Of a stretch of 64,000 nt of DNA, positions 13,880 through 25,764 are shown in pieces. The stretch's first letter is position 1. Every line of letters starts with the position of its first letter. The stretch spans positions 42,346,001-42,410,000 of the forward strand of contig NC_086128.1 in assembly GCF_963921235.1 (NCBI RefSeq), written 5' to 3'. The translations under genes were made by a program, and so were the position numbers. The notes under the pieces are model-generated. The model had not been told where the DNA came from and ran no database searches. It saw only the letters and a list, made by a program, of their open reading frames with translations. The stretch comes from Mobula hypostoma. Its lineage: Eukaryota.

Positions 13880-15930
13880 GCTTCTTTTAATTTAAAAAAT
13901 AAATTATATTTATATTAAAAATGCATACAAGTGCATGGTACATTCATAGGATTGCTCTGTCTATACATCCACTGTGTCACTGGGTCTTTATGTCAGTAAG
14001 TGGTCACACGTTTTTATGTACATAGTGCCATTGACACTCGCGTGTCATCCTGGGACGATAGAAACTTCATATGTTTGAGTGGCTTCTACCTGAATTTCTC
14101 CCCTCAATGTGCAGCAGCACAAGGACTCTAGACTGCAGTCTTTTCCCATGAATCCTTTTGCTTTTGTCGCATCAAATTCAGTCAGTTCCTCGGCATGTAC
14201 TCCTGCAGCCTGGAATGTGACAGGCATCACATTTTCTTATGGTCTTTTGTTGTACTGGAAAACCAACAGGTTTCCAGCAGACTGAAGTGTGTGTTCCACC
14301 ATGTTGATGATCTTCCAGAAGTACTTGACATCCATCTCTCTGTGTGTTCCTGAGCCCGGTAGAGTCCTCAGAGTCCTCTAATGCAGGTGATAAGGCACCT
14401 TGCGTCCTTTTCCAGACCTTTGCAAATACACAGCCGCCAAGAGATGGATATTTTTCTCCTCCTTGTCACAGCTATCCGAGGGCAGTGTGCATCGGCATTG
14501 AAATTCCAACCAAACTTAAGGGATAAGACAGTGAGGGCTCCTCTCACTGCCAGTCAAGTGAAGCCCTGGTGCTTACTGGTGAGTTCTGGCAACAAGGCGT
14601 TCTGTCAGATGGCTTGTACAGTCTGTTAAGGGAACCACCCCACCCACCCACAAAATCCATTGTCTTTACCCTGCAGCATCTGCAGGATGTTCTGTGCTGA
14701 ATGCTGCCTGAAAGACACGTGCTCCAAAGTATCTTGCTGAAAGAAGATTTCTTCAAAAGACAGGTGGTGCGTCAATGCCCTATGACTGAGACATTACACG
14801 ACATCAGAGCCTGGCCTATCCTTTGCAACACAGGGGACAGGGTGCATGTAGTCACACTTGTTGCCTGCATAAACACAGCCTGCTGCAGTCACATAAATAG
14901 GTGACCATCAGGTTAATGGTGACGTTGGGTTCACTCTTGTCCTGTTCTCCAGGGACCTGTGCATTATGAGTCATTAGACCAGTTCTGTCTTGGATCCCCA
15001 GATGAACCAGACGACGACTCGGGTGACTACCAGCTAAGAGGAGCAGGCAAAGAACCAGACCTCAGTACCAGGAACAAGTTTATTCACACTGACATGTCAT
15101 GAAATTTGTGGTTTTTCTGCAGCAGTACAGTGCAAAGCATAACAGTTACCATAGGTTACAATATAAATAAATAGCGCAATGGAGGAACAACGAGAACATG
15201 TCTGTGCGTTCATGGACTGCTCAGAAATTTGACAGCAGAAGGGAAGAAGCTGTCCTTAAAACAGTTTAGTGCGGGTCTTCAGGCTCCCACATCTCCTCCC
15301 TGATGGTAGTAACATGAAGAGGGGACATCTCGGATGGTGAGGGTCTTTGGCGCCCTTGATGTTGGGCAGGATTATGCCCATGATGAAGCTGGCAGGTCAT
15401 ACAACCCTTTGCAGCATCTTGCGATGTACATTAGCACTGAGAACTCCTTGCACCTGATGACCATGGTTTTACCAGTTATTGAGAGGGAGTGCCTCTCCCT
15501 CAGATCTAAATTTTGTTTAATCTTGCCTGTCCACGCCAGCTAATTTTGGTTACCTAAAACCAGGTCCCCAGCAGACAGATGGTGAAGGGGACAGAGGGCT
15601 GTGGTTGAAGAGCATGGCATCATTCTTGTTGCAGTTGACTCTGGTCCCAATTGAAACCAGTCACAAAAGTGGATCAATCTACGGACCGACCGTGAGTCTG
15701 AGCAGAAGACTGTGACAGCCCATTTACAGGGGAGCTTTGATCTGGGTCACCCCACTGATTGGCAACACCAACTCTCTGATGCCCTCCTCCTTCATGTTGA
15801 ACTGGCAAGGGATTCAATGCAACAGGGAGAATGGGCAGCCCTACTTCACAGCAGACTTGATGGGGAAGTTGTTTGCCACCCGCTCATTTGAACTACACTA
15901 TGGGTATCTGTGTGAAACAGTTGGTTCTAA
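13880..15930 (-). mobile_element. Decayed Tx1/L1-like LINE interrupted by a Rex-type 3' fragment (~15060-15425)
   Basis: Relics NLLVFQ..HSRLQEY; the inserted piece is the reverse complement of the Rex-type tail seen at ~48930. Confidence 0.5.
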
Positions 15931-16069
15931 TTTCTGATTCAATGAATGTATTAGCAGTACACATTTAAAATGAAAACAACAGGATAATTTAATTGGCATG
16001 TAGCTCAAGAATACTTATCCACATTCTAGTAGGTGATACGATGATTAGGTTTTATTAATGAATTTGTCT

Positions 16070-16395
16070 ACTAGGCAGCCATCGATCCCAGGGGATCATG
16101 GGTTTGCACCTCTGGTGGACTGTGTCCTCTCCAGGTCGCAAGCCTGGGTGGGAAGATTTGAAGAACCGGCTGTTCCCTATGCAGTGGGTTGCCCCTCTCC
16201 ACGTCACTGATGTAGTCCAAGAGAAGGGCAAGTGTCGATACAGCTTGGCACCGGTGTTGTCGCAGAGGTTGCCAGAGTGAAGCTGTAAACAACATCAACC
16301 TGCCTTAGGGACCCCGGCTCCGGATTTCTTCCTTGGGGTTTACTCCCAAAGTCTTTCCCATGGGTGGGTATGGCTGCAAGGCAGCGGAGGTTTAA
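16070..16395 (-). mobile_element. GC-rich interspersed repeat (RTE-like, tentative)
   Basis: Shares GCCTTGCAGC.ATACCCAC.CAT.GGAA.G.CTT.GG.AGTAAA with 17436-17480 in the opposite orientation. Confidence 0.45.
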
Positions 16396-17159
16396 AATCT
16401 TCTCCAATAAAGTGTCTATGCAAATATATAATATCTTTAAAAAAAAAGTACGAACTTTTGTGATTTCCATATGTCAAATAAAATCCAGGCCCAAACCAAA
16501 AACAGTGTTGATTAGGGGTTGTTGGATAATAATTTAGATCGGGTATCCTGGCTAAATTTTCATTTGCTAATCCAAGGGATTATTTAATTTTCCATTATAG
16601 CTGACCCCTATGTTATGAGCAAAACACATAGTGGTCCAGCACTTGATGACTGTCCAGGACCCCATACATTGTGGCTGACCTATCAACACCACAGCTGAGA
16701 ACCAGAAATTCCTTTGTCCTGCAAAGGTGCTGATTACTAAACAGCATTCTTTCCATGAATAATTATGATTTAAATGCTCATCACACACTTAAAAATCCTT
16801 GTAGTGAATGGCAGCAGGCTAGTTTTATTTTTATTACAAAGCTCAACAGAATTGAACCCAGTTATGTTCCAGGTGACATCCTAATGTATAGGCCTCTGGA
16901 CAGTCATCAAGTGCTGGGTTACCACGTGTTTTGCTCATAAAATAGAGATCAGTTATAATGAAAAATTAAATAAAACTGCAAGTGCTGGAAATCTGAAATA
17001 AAGCAGAAATATTGTTAATGCGGCAGGATAGACTAAGTCCATGGATAAGGGATCTGAGTTAATGTTTCAGGATGAAGGTCATTTGCCAGCAACACTATCA
17101 CTTATATTATTTCTACTGCAATCTGCTAGTCAAGCTAATTTTACACAACCTAGAACCTT

Positions 17160-17720
17160 CATGGTTCCTTAAGGTTGTTATAGCCAGGGGTGGTAATGGG
17201 GACAAGCTCCCACTACCTATCAAATAATTCCAATGACGTGCGTCTCAAATAGCCTCTGACAACCAAGTCGAGCTCCTGGCCTTCACATGTGGCTCCTAAA
17301 CCTGGAGGAACTGTTTCTACTGACAGAAGAAAGGGCAAAGGTGGGTTTACTGGAGCCTTAAAACCAGTCGCTTCCTGCAGATGGGGCTTGTCAGCTGTGG
17401 TTGGCAGCTCATCTACAAGAAGGAAAACTGCCGCTGCCTTGCAGCTATACCCACTCATAGGGAAGGCTTCGGAAGTAAATACAGAGGGAAAAATTTGGAA
17501 CTGGAGCCACACTGTATTGGTTTCTACCATTCCTTTGGATTCATCAGCTGCGTGGAGATGGGGAGGCCTTGCATGGGCAACAGCTTGCTCTACAATCATA
17601 CTGCACTGGTTTGTGTAACTGGTTTGCATATCATGTGGACAGCTGGGATGCAATATCCACGGTCGACCCTGACCAACAGAGGGCCCCAGAACCTTCATAA
17701 TCAATTTGGCTCAGCTGGTT
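17160..17720 (+). mobile_element. GC-rich interspersed repeat (RTE-like, tentative), related to 16070-16395
   Basis: Shared motif above; sharp GC boundary with the flanks. Confidence 0.45.
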
Positions 17721-18568
17721 AGCCACTCATTCTACTAGAGTCACAAGAGACTGGGTAGCAGTGGAAGGAACTGTCACCATTCCGGTCAAAACCTTGAATC
17801 AGGAGGTAGCCATGAAGGGAACTGTCCCTTCACAGTGCTGGTTCTGGACTCTTCAGCCTGAGGAAACAGTTGTCAACCATTTATTTAAACCCCTATTAGA
17901 TTCTTTTTGTGAATCAATGAGATGACCTCCCACTTTTCTAAACTTCATTGAGTGTAGGTCAAAGGACAAACCCTCAGTCTCAGAATCAATGCAGTGACTC
18001 CATGCTCAGTATATCCCTACAAATCTACCAGTTTCACACATTAATGCTGGTTGCATGCTTTCCCAGAGTCTGATTGCTTCTCTCTTCTAAAGAGAATCTA
18101 AACTAACCATAATTTTCCTAACCAAAGCTGCTGGGCCTACATTGGACAAAGGGAAATCTGTTGTCTGTGGTATCCCAATTACATTTTCCCAAACTTTCTG
18201 TACTTCCAGTAACTGCAAGCATTAATTTTGTAAGACATCCATGCTTATTATAATTGACTCCAGCTGCACTGTTGTCATACAAACATGAATATATTTTATT
18301 CAAACTGGTCTATCTGATTGGAGGAAGCTAGTGGTAAGGACCGCTGCCAACTGTACTTAGCTGGGATCCTCCAACTTGATTCGACCGAGGACATTACTGC
18401 TGGGCTGTCATTCACTTACAGTACTGATCTGTGGAACTTCAGGCTAACAGTAAGAGACTTTAGCCAGAAAGGAAAAGAGCTTTAAAGGAACCTTAATGCA
18501 TGCACAATGAGAATAGCTAGAATCTGTCTAACACCTTTCATTCCTCAGCGTGGTCTAAAATGCTTTGA

Positions 18569-19044
18569 CAGCCATCCCACCCTGCAAAAACTCATTTCAG
18601 GAAGGTAGCACCATCAATTTGCGGGAGACTTCCAGTACTTCCGGGAGAGGTGGAATGTCTGCATAGAGTAGCTCCTTTGCAGCTAGCCAGCTAGCTTAAA
18701 TAACGTTAGCTATGTTACGAACTATACCTGTTAAACTCACCTCAACATGTCTTTTACAGTCTTAACCCACCACAGGCAATAGAAAAGTCACTGTTGCAAA
18801 CAGTGTAGCGAGCAACACTATCATTATTTCTGACCCCTATTAGGCAGGGGTACACTTTAGTGTAGTCTGGGGTGACGTACGTTTTATATTTTCTTTTTTT
18901 GGAACACTCTGCTATGGCACGCATGCTCTCTCTCTCTCTCGAAAAAATCAATTTCCAGGATATTGTCCATAATTTGCGGGCATCAGAGATCTGCTATCAA
19001 TATGCGGGAGATTACCGGAACTTCCGGGAGAGGTGGGATGTCTG
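18569..19044 (-). mobile_element. hAT-like non-autonomous DNA transposon with a BED-finger N-terminal relic
   Basis: TIRs CAG(A/C)CATCCCACC; relic KKRKYKTYVTPDYTKVYPCL..TVCNSDFSIACGG; CTTTGA repeated directly on both flanks. Confidence 0.6.
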
Positions 19045-20110
19045 CTTTGAAGCCAACAAATTACTTTGGATTTTCTGCCTGGCTCATTTTGCAACTTTCT
19101 GAATTCAATCACAGTAGTTTTTTGTCCTTACCTAATTACTCTGGAGAAAGATCGCAGTGAATTCCCTGCTTATACCCCTGCAGTCCTTTTGGTAAAATAT
19201 ACTCGTGGTGGGTGGAGTTTTCCTGGATTTTTGAGCTGGTGGTAACAAAGAATTAGCAATTAGTTCTAATTCAGGATGATGCATGACTTGGATGGTGCTG
19301 GAGAAACAATCTGTTGGGGGAAGTCAGCGGGTTGAGCAGCATCTGTGGTGAAGGATGGGGATGAATTGTGGATGTTTTGGGTGGAAACCTTGCACCAACT
19401 TGTCAAGCTGCTCCAGTCCTGAAGAGGGGGCTTTGATTCCATACAGAATTTTCCCAGTACAGTCAGAACAGATACTTCTGCAATAGGGAAAGTGGGGAAG
19501 ACTAAGTCAAGTAAGTTTGTCCCTTTGTTTTAGTTCACCATTCAACCTGGTAGATAATTGTTACCCAGTCCTAACAGAAAAATCAGCAAACTATTTCTGA
19601 TGTAGGACAAGCAAGGATGTTGATCAAGGTGCCAGTACTTTCTTGAATAGTGTCTCGCTTATTTTAAGTTTACAATTACTAAGCTTCCCCATTGTTCAAA
19701 ATGTAATGCAGATTAAGTACCCCTTATCCGAAATTCCAAAATGCAAACATTTTTTTGATGCTGACGTGACGTGACAAATGGAAAATTCCACAAGACACTC
19801 AGTAGATTCCCAGGCGATGGGCAGGTCTCTGCGCACCACAGACATTTCTGATAAGTGACTTCACATGTTGCATGTAATGAACAGAAGTTAATGAAAAACT
19901 GAAAACACCGCATAATGTGAAAAATGAAGATCTCAATAGTGTATTAAAAGAATGGATTCGTCAGCATTGGAGTGAACATATGCCACTTAAAGGTATGCTG
20001 ATCATGAAACAAGTAAAGATCTATCAAAACAAACTGAAAATTGAAGATAATTGAGAATACTCAGCAGGCTGGTTGCAGAAATTTATGAAAAGGCACATTA
20101 CATTTTTAAA

Positions 20111-20308
20111 TGCAGCAGGCCAGGCAGCATCTCTAGGAAGAGGTACAGTCGACGTTTCAGGCCGAGACCCTTCGTTAGGCCTGACGAAAGGTCTCGGCCT
20201 GAAACGTCGACTGTACCTCTTCCTGGAGATGCTGCCTGGCCTGCTGCGTTCACCAGCAACTTTGATGTGTGTTGCTTGAATTTCCAGCATCTGCAGAATT
20301 CCTGTTGT
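20111..20308. mobile_element. Short fold-back Penelope-terminus insertion carrying two back-to-back hammerhead cores
   Basis: 136-bp zero-spacer palindrome 20112-20247 (3 mismatches in 68 bp); 13-bp TSD TTACATTTTTAAA at 20098-20110 and 20309-20321; near-identical to 39010-39140. Confidence 0.88.
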
Positions 20309-20322
20309 TTACATTTTTAAAG

Positions 20323-20570
20323 ATTTATTTATTTTATGTAGTGATACAGCGGAGAGTAACCCCTTACGGCCCTTTGAGTTACAACCCTGATTAACCCTAA
20401 CCTAACCCAGGACAATTTACAATGACCAATTAACCTACCTGGTACCCCAAGGAACACTTACACATTCCACAGGGGGGACATACAGAGACTTCTTACCTGG
20501 AATTGAACTCCAAACACTAGAGTGACACAAGCTACAATAGGGTAGTGCTGACCACTACGTTACCATCGTT
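20323..20570 (-). mobile_element. tRNA-derived SINE
   Basis: Minus strand has A-box-like GGTAACGTAGTGGTCAGC and B-box GAGTTCAATTCC, with an AAATAAAT tail. Confidence 0.65.
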
Positions 20571-22079
20571 GTGATAAAGCATCTGCTGATCACGAAGCAG
20601 CAGATAAATTCATTGATGACTTTGTCAAGATTGCCGCTGATGAAAATCTAACATGCTGAATGGCTGCATCAGTACATGTGTGATAAACAAGTGCAAGACA
20701 AAGACAGCTTACCGGTAGCACACAAATTCAGAGCTGGAAATGATAGTGATCCCAAGCTATCTCATTATATATTCCAAAATCTAAAACACTTCTGGTCCTA
20801 AGCATTTTGGATAAGGAGTACTCAACTGTACATTTCTCAAATGGCATTAACCACTTACCAGTTTCATACTAATGGAATATTCATCATTCTGGCATCTTTC
20901 CAGCTTTTATTAGTTTGTCATATGTAAAAGATAATATTCTCGTGGTTGACAAGGTCAGATGATTCATATGCTATGATTTTATGTACTAAGGAACTACAGA
21001 AAATGTTAGTTCTAAAGGTGGCTTTAATTTCTTAAAACTGGAGTACATTTTGCAGTACATATTGAGCTCACTGTACATCCTGTGAAACTGATAAAAAAAC
21101 CTTGAACCTTTTCGGTAGAATTCATTAAAAGATTTTAACAATGTAATGCTGCTCAAGTTATTTACTGCTGTTTTTACAGAGCCTTGTAAGAATATTAGTA
21201 TGCTTAACAATTATTGTAATTTTATTTTACTTCAAAATGTAAATAAGCTTAAAACACATTACATGACGAAGAAATAACTCCTAGCAGAATTTTATAGAAA
21301 CCATGAATCAATATTTCAGGGATTGACATGTTGGAATGAAAAAGGATACAAAATTTAGTGATAGGTCTTGCTTAACAAGATCCTCCTAAACCAACTATCA
21401 AGTTTCAAAGTAGTTTGGACAGTGAGATGTAGGGTTTAAAATTCTCGAGGGTAGGAAATAGATAATACTTATTGTAATGGTGATAACTAATTAGTAAAAG
21501 CATTTTGTACCTCAAAGTATCAACCTTTCACAATGAAATCCAATACTATTTACTTAGTACTAATGACCTTACAAACTAATCAATAAAAGTTTCTGATTTT
21601 TGGGGTTATTATTGAGGTCTGTAATTATACTAAGAGTAAGTTGTACTGATTCAGCCAGGTTGGTACTGTCTGAATACTTGATTCTTCATATGTGAGTGCT
21701 TTGAAAGTACAGGGCAGTGCAGTGGAACCTTATCTCACAAACACACACAAATTTTCAATGAGGTCACTGGACCACAAGTAGAAGTGCCAACTTCAGCAAA
21801 TTCTTTATCCTGATATGAAACAGCCAAATTGCTGCTCATTGCAGTTGTGCTATCAGAGCCTGCACCATCCTGCATGTGGATTATCAACATTTTCACAGCA
21901 CGAACAAAATTATATCAAATATTCCAGGACCACTGACACAAATGGGCAGCCTTATTCAGTAGAGAGAAGATTTTTCTCCTTTCTGTCGCACATCATTTCT
22001 CTGTCAGCATTTTAAACTTTGTTAAATGTGTGTATTCTTAAACATACATGTCAGATGATTGGATATGCAACAAACACAT

Positions 22080-25000
22080 TTTGCCAGAAACAAATTATTT
22101 TATTTACACAAACACAAATGTTATAACATGATACAAAATACTGGACTCCAAACAATACAGAAAGGGAAGATGGAGTGAGAGGGGAGAAGGAAATTTGAGA
22201 TTTACGTCAGCTTGATTATGACAAAAATTATAAACATCTGCTGCAATACAATACTGTTAATAAATCACTATACACACACTTAGCACTTCACCTAAATACA
22301 GACATTTAACTTATTGACAATTCTATTAGTGACACTGGGTGGTGTCAATGGATACAAAAACAATAAAATGTGGTTTAAATGCAAATTTAACAGTTTTTGT
22401 AGTTATATATTTGAAAATAAATTCAAATAGATTGTTGCCAACATAGCAAGGAAATTGTTACAGACAGACTGTTTCACCACATGATACATCCATCCTCCAG
22501 TAGATTCTAGATAAAGGCTTTTTACCTCATTGGAACAAATATATATCAAGGCAGAATAAAATCAACAGGAAAAGAATGTTCCATAGTCAATTATGGGTGC
22601 CAAGACTGTATGGTGAAAAGGTTAAAGCAACACAGTACACTTTAATAACACAAGCTATATCTGCACTTTGCTGTTATACAGTGTAATGCAAGCTGTCATC
22701 AAAACTTGCTTTTGTTCCTCCAACAGAGATGTCTATTATAATTGTACATTTGAACACCAAGCTATACCCTAGTGGAAAATCTAGCATACAGAATTTTGGC
22801 AAAGTTACTTTGCACCTGTAAAGAATCCTAAAGGGAAATAATGACTACACCTCTCCCAGTTAGAATGCTTATACAAACTAGGTAATTAATTAGAATGGCC
22901 TTTTGACTTATATTTAGTATTGCATTTCAATCTTTGTTGAAGGCATTTGATGTAACAAAAGAAAATTATGAAGCAAGTCCATCTATCACTAAAATCTACA
23001 GGGTGGGCTCTGGAAGAAGCATTTTCCAGACACGAGGCACACATTGGAAAAATCAATATTTGTACAGGAAACCCAGTTTCACTGTTTAAAACACATCACC
23101 TCCTCCATCTTACAGCTGAGCAGTTATGTTATATTTATCTTTAAACTGTATTTAAAACAATGTAACAGCACAATTTTTGTACAAACATTAAGATCTGAAC
23201 AAATAATTTAAACCACCTCCCATCTTTACCCCAGTCTTGTACATTTAAGGTCACCATAAAGTCCATATTTCATATCAAATCACACTATCTTTATCAAATG
23301 AAATCGCTCCTTTCATCTTGAAAGCTAATACGCTGCAGCATTCTTATGGTCAGAAAAGCCCATCCAGTGGACCTTAAAATCAAAGCAACTTCTTATTAAA
23401 ACTTTCCATCACTTCATAAATAGAGGAATGAAAACGGGATTCAACTAAAACTGAAAGAGGAATGTACGCAATAACTATTAAAACTGGAATTTTCAACTGC
23501 ATTCCAGCTGAGACTTTAACATTACTATATCCACCCAAAGTCATTATTGAAAAAGTTATAGTATTTAATCCACCCAAACAGCAGCAAATCTATGAATTTA
23601 AACAATATATTCTATATATACAATTATTTATATTGTATGTTTTCAAGCTAAAAATGTAAAATATATTTTGTTTACTAAAATACATCAATACCAAGCTGCT
23701 TGCGTGAAAAAAAACACCATTTTACAAAATTCACGCCAATGTTGCAGATGGCAAGTAAAGCTTCATTTTACTGTTGTGAAATGCATGGCTGCACTTCTTT
23801 TACCTTCTATGGCCAACCCAAGTACGGCAGCAATTCTTAATTAACCTGTATTGAGAGGCCCAGCCTTTCACTTCAATCATTTACAGATTCACTGAATCAA
23901 TCTTATAGCTGTCTGTCTATTGAAACAACTACTACCATGCTTAACACAGGTCCCGTCTGTCATCTCTTTGATGGTATATTTTTGTAACTATTGATTTAAT
24001 GACAGGACGATGTTCACAAACATTCATTCAGTCTTGGTGTCTCTCACTTAGTTCTCATCAAATAACCCAACTTTTCTCTACTGGTGAAACTATAAAGCCT
24101 ACTTCTCTCTAACCTTTACATTATTAAATATTTAAGATTTTGCATAAACCAGTTTTGAGAAACTCCTTCATTATTTTACCAGCGTTTGCAAATGGCTTGT
24201 TAATCAACTATATTGTCATGTTTTGAATTCCCTGCCAAGGCAGTAAAATGTTCTGACTTTTTAAAAACAGAAAAATAATCTATTTTACCATTTACTGTTC
24301 AATGAAAGAGTGAAATCCCCCATCCGCTGTTTAACTACTACATTCACATGAGTACATAGCTGTCTTCTGTAAGCCTTTAAAAAGCATGTATCTAATAGAA
24401 TTCCTACTGCTAAATGCATCAATTCAGTCACACAAAATTATCAAGGTTATCAATTTGCTTCCATCTGGACATTACATTTAGTGCTACAATTCAACAATCG
24501 TTGTACCCGCTCTTTTAAAATCCGGCTGACTTAATTAGTTTGCCTTCTAGTTTTAGAAAAGCATTGAGATAAACATACATCATTTATAGCCTTCTTGATT
24601 GAAATATGAATTCTCTGAGCTTGGTGCTCAAATTAAACACTACGTTTTGTGAAGGAAAATGATTACAAGGACCTCTGAAGTTCAGCTGAAAATATTCCAA
24701 TGTTAGACCTGCAGTCCAAAGAGCTCAGTTTGGTTCTCCTTGCCAGGTGAACCTCAATACAGAAAGCAAACAGCAAACCACCTTACCCAGCAGAAACTAC
24801 AAGCCTGTTAAACATATTAGGAGTAAAAAAAAGACAAAAATAACAATTTTCTGAATATATAAACAATAAAATTGTATGAAAATTATATTGTGTTAACCTC
24901 TCTTTTCAAATTTTAAAACTTTAAGGTAACAAAGAAGGAAACCAAAATTAGGGTTCTTCAAACGGCAACTGGAGAACTTGAAAGGACATATTACAAGAGT

Positions 25001-25724
25001 ATTTACACAACTAAACTGAAACAGTTGGTCATCAGCAAATACACAAATAAAGTTTAAGAAATTTTACAAAAAGAAATAAATAAACCAAATGTTTATACAG
25101 AGAGGGGTGTTGTTCATCTGTGACTAAAAGCAGCTGAAGATCTTTCAATCAGATGATCATGCCATTTTTGACTATGTTCCAAAAATCAACAGCAGTATTT
25201 CATTGATGTAAATTAAGGCATTTAAAAATGAAGTTGTGAGTTTCAACCATTTTTTTTTTAAAGGCACAAATTTCCTTTCAATTTTCCTGACAAAATTATT
25301 ATACTGCTTCCTCTCCATCGTTTTTTCTTTCCTGCTTTTCAACATCCTCTAGGAAGCTGATTCATCAACTCTCATAAGCATTTCAAACGCTAATATCTTA
25401 CCACTGCATTTAGGCTAGGGATCTGAAATCAAAGCCTCAAGTGTTTTGTAACCTTTAAAACATTATTCTCCCTTAAGGGAGAACAGATGAACTTTGAAGA
25501 AATACAAAGCTGCGGTGTCCCTTTAAACTCTTCAATTTCAGGTCTTCAAATACAGACAGATTGGCTAGTGAATCTAGCTTGAAGACTAGATGTTTTTCAC
25601 AACAGTTCAAGTTCAATACAATAACACTGTCAGAGGCAGACAATGGACACTGTATGTCTGATAGACTTTAAAGGAGGTTACAAGAAAGATTCACACAGGT
25701 GACGGTAATATGACCATTGGCACT
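22080..25724 (-). other. HDAC5: Putative HDAC5 3' UTR (~3.6 kb)
   Basis: AT-rich, no recognisable TE, runs from the stop codon to an AATAAA with a GU-rich downstream element; the end point is inferred. Confidence 0.6.
22099..22104 (-). terminator. Candidate polyadenylation signal AATAAA
   Basis: Minus strand reads TGTAAATAAAATAATTTGTTTCTGGCAAAATGTGTTTGTTG (hexamer followed by GU-rich tract). Confidence 0.55.
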
Positions 25725-25764
25725 TTACATTGCTGGCTCTTCTTCCATTGGTTCGTCCCCTTGC
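25725..25764 (-). CDS. HDAC5: Terminal coding exon (QGDEPMEEEPAM*)
   Basis: tttcAG acceptor, phase matches the previous exon, EPMEEEP C-terminus typical of HDAC4/5, TAA at 25727-25725. Confidence 0.92.

Larger units (their letters stand above)
19709..20828 (+). mobile_element. Tigger/pogo-derived element interrupted by a fold-back insertion and a SINE
   Basis: Imperfect TIRs CAG.TT(A/G)AGTAC.CCTTATCC.AAA, right-hand TA; CENP-B HTH relic (DLNSVLKEWIRQ..YSAGWLQKFMKRH) resuming after the inserts (DKASADHEAADKFIDDF). Confidence 0.78.

Noticed and set aside
17265-17340. Possible HDV-like ribozyme (CTCCTG-GCC-TTCACATGT-GGC..CTGA-CAGAAG resembles P2/P3/L3/J4-2)
   Set aside because: No convincing P1 helix or P1.1 pairing could be found and P2 has a mismatch; needs a family consensus and covariance search
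17213-17722. Overlapping 109-163 aa ORFs on both strands
   Set aside because: Lie in a GC-rich repeat, with no recognisable domain or splice context
20024-20320. Mirror-image ORFs sharing SRPGSISRKRYSRRFRPRPFVRP on both strands
   Set aside because: Artefact of the DNA palindrome, not a sense/antisense gene pair
20390-20408. Telomere-like TTAACCCTAACCTAACCC
   Set aside because: Only about three imperfect units, inside a SINE body; not an interstitial telomere array
22100-25200. Other single miRNA seed matches (miR-15/16 at 23580, miR-103/107 at 23334, miR-181 at 24020 and 24339)
   Set aside because: Expected by chance in a long AT-rich UTR without conservation data
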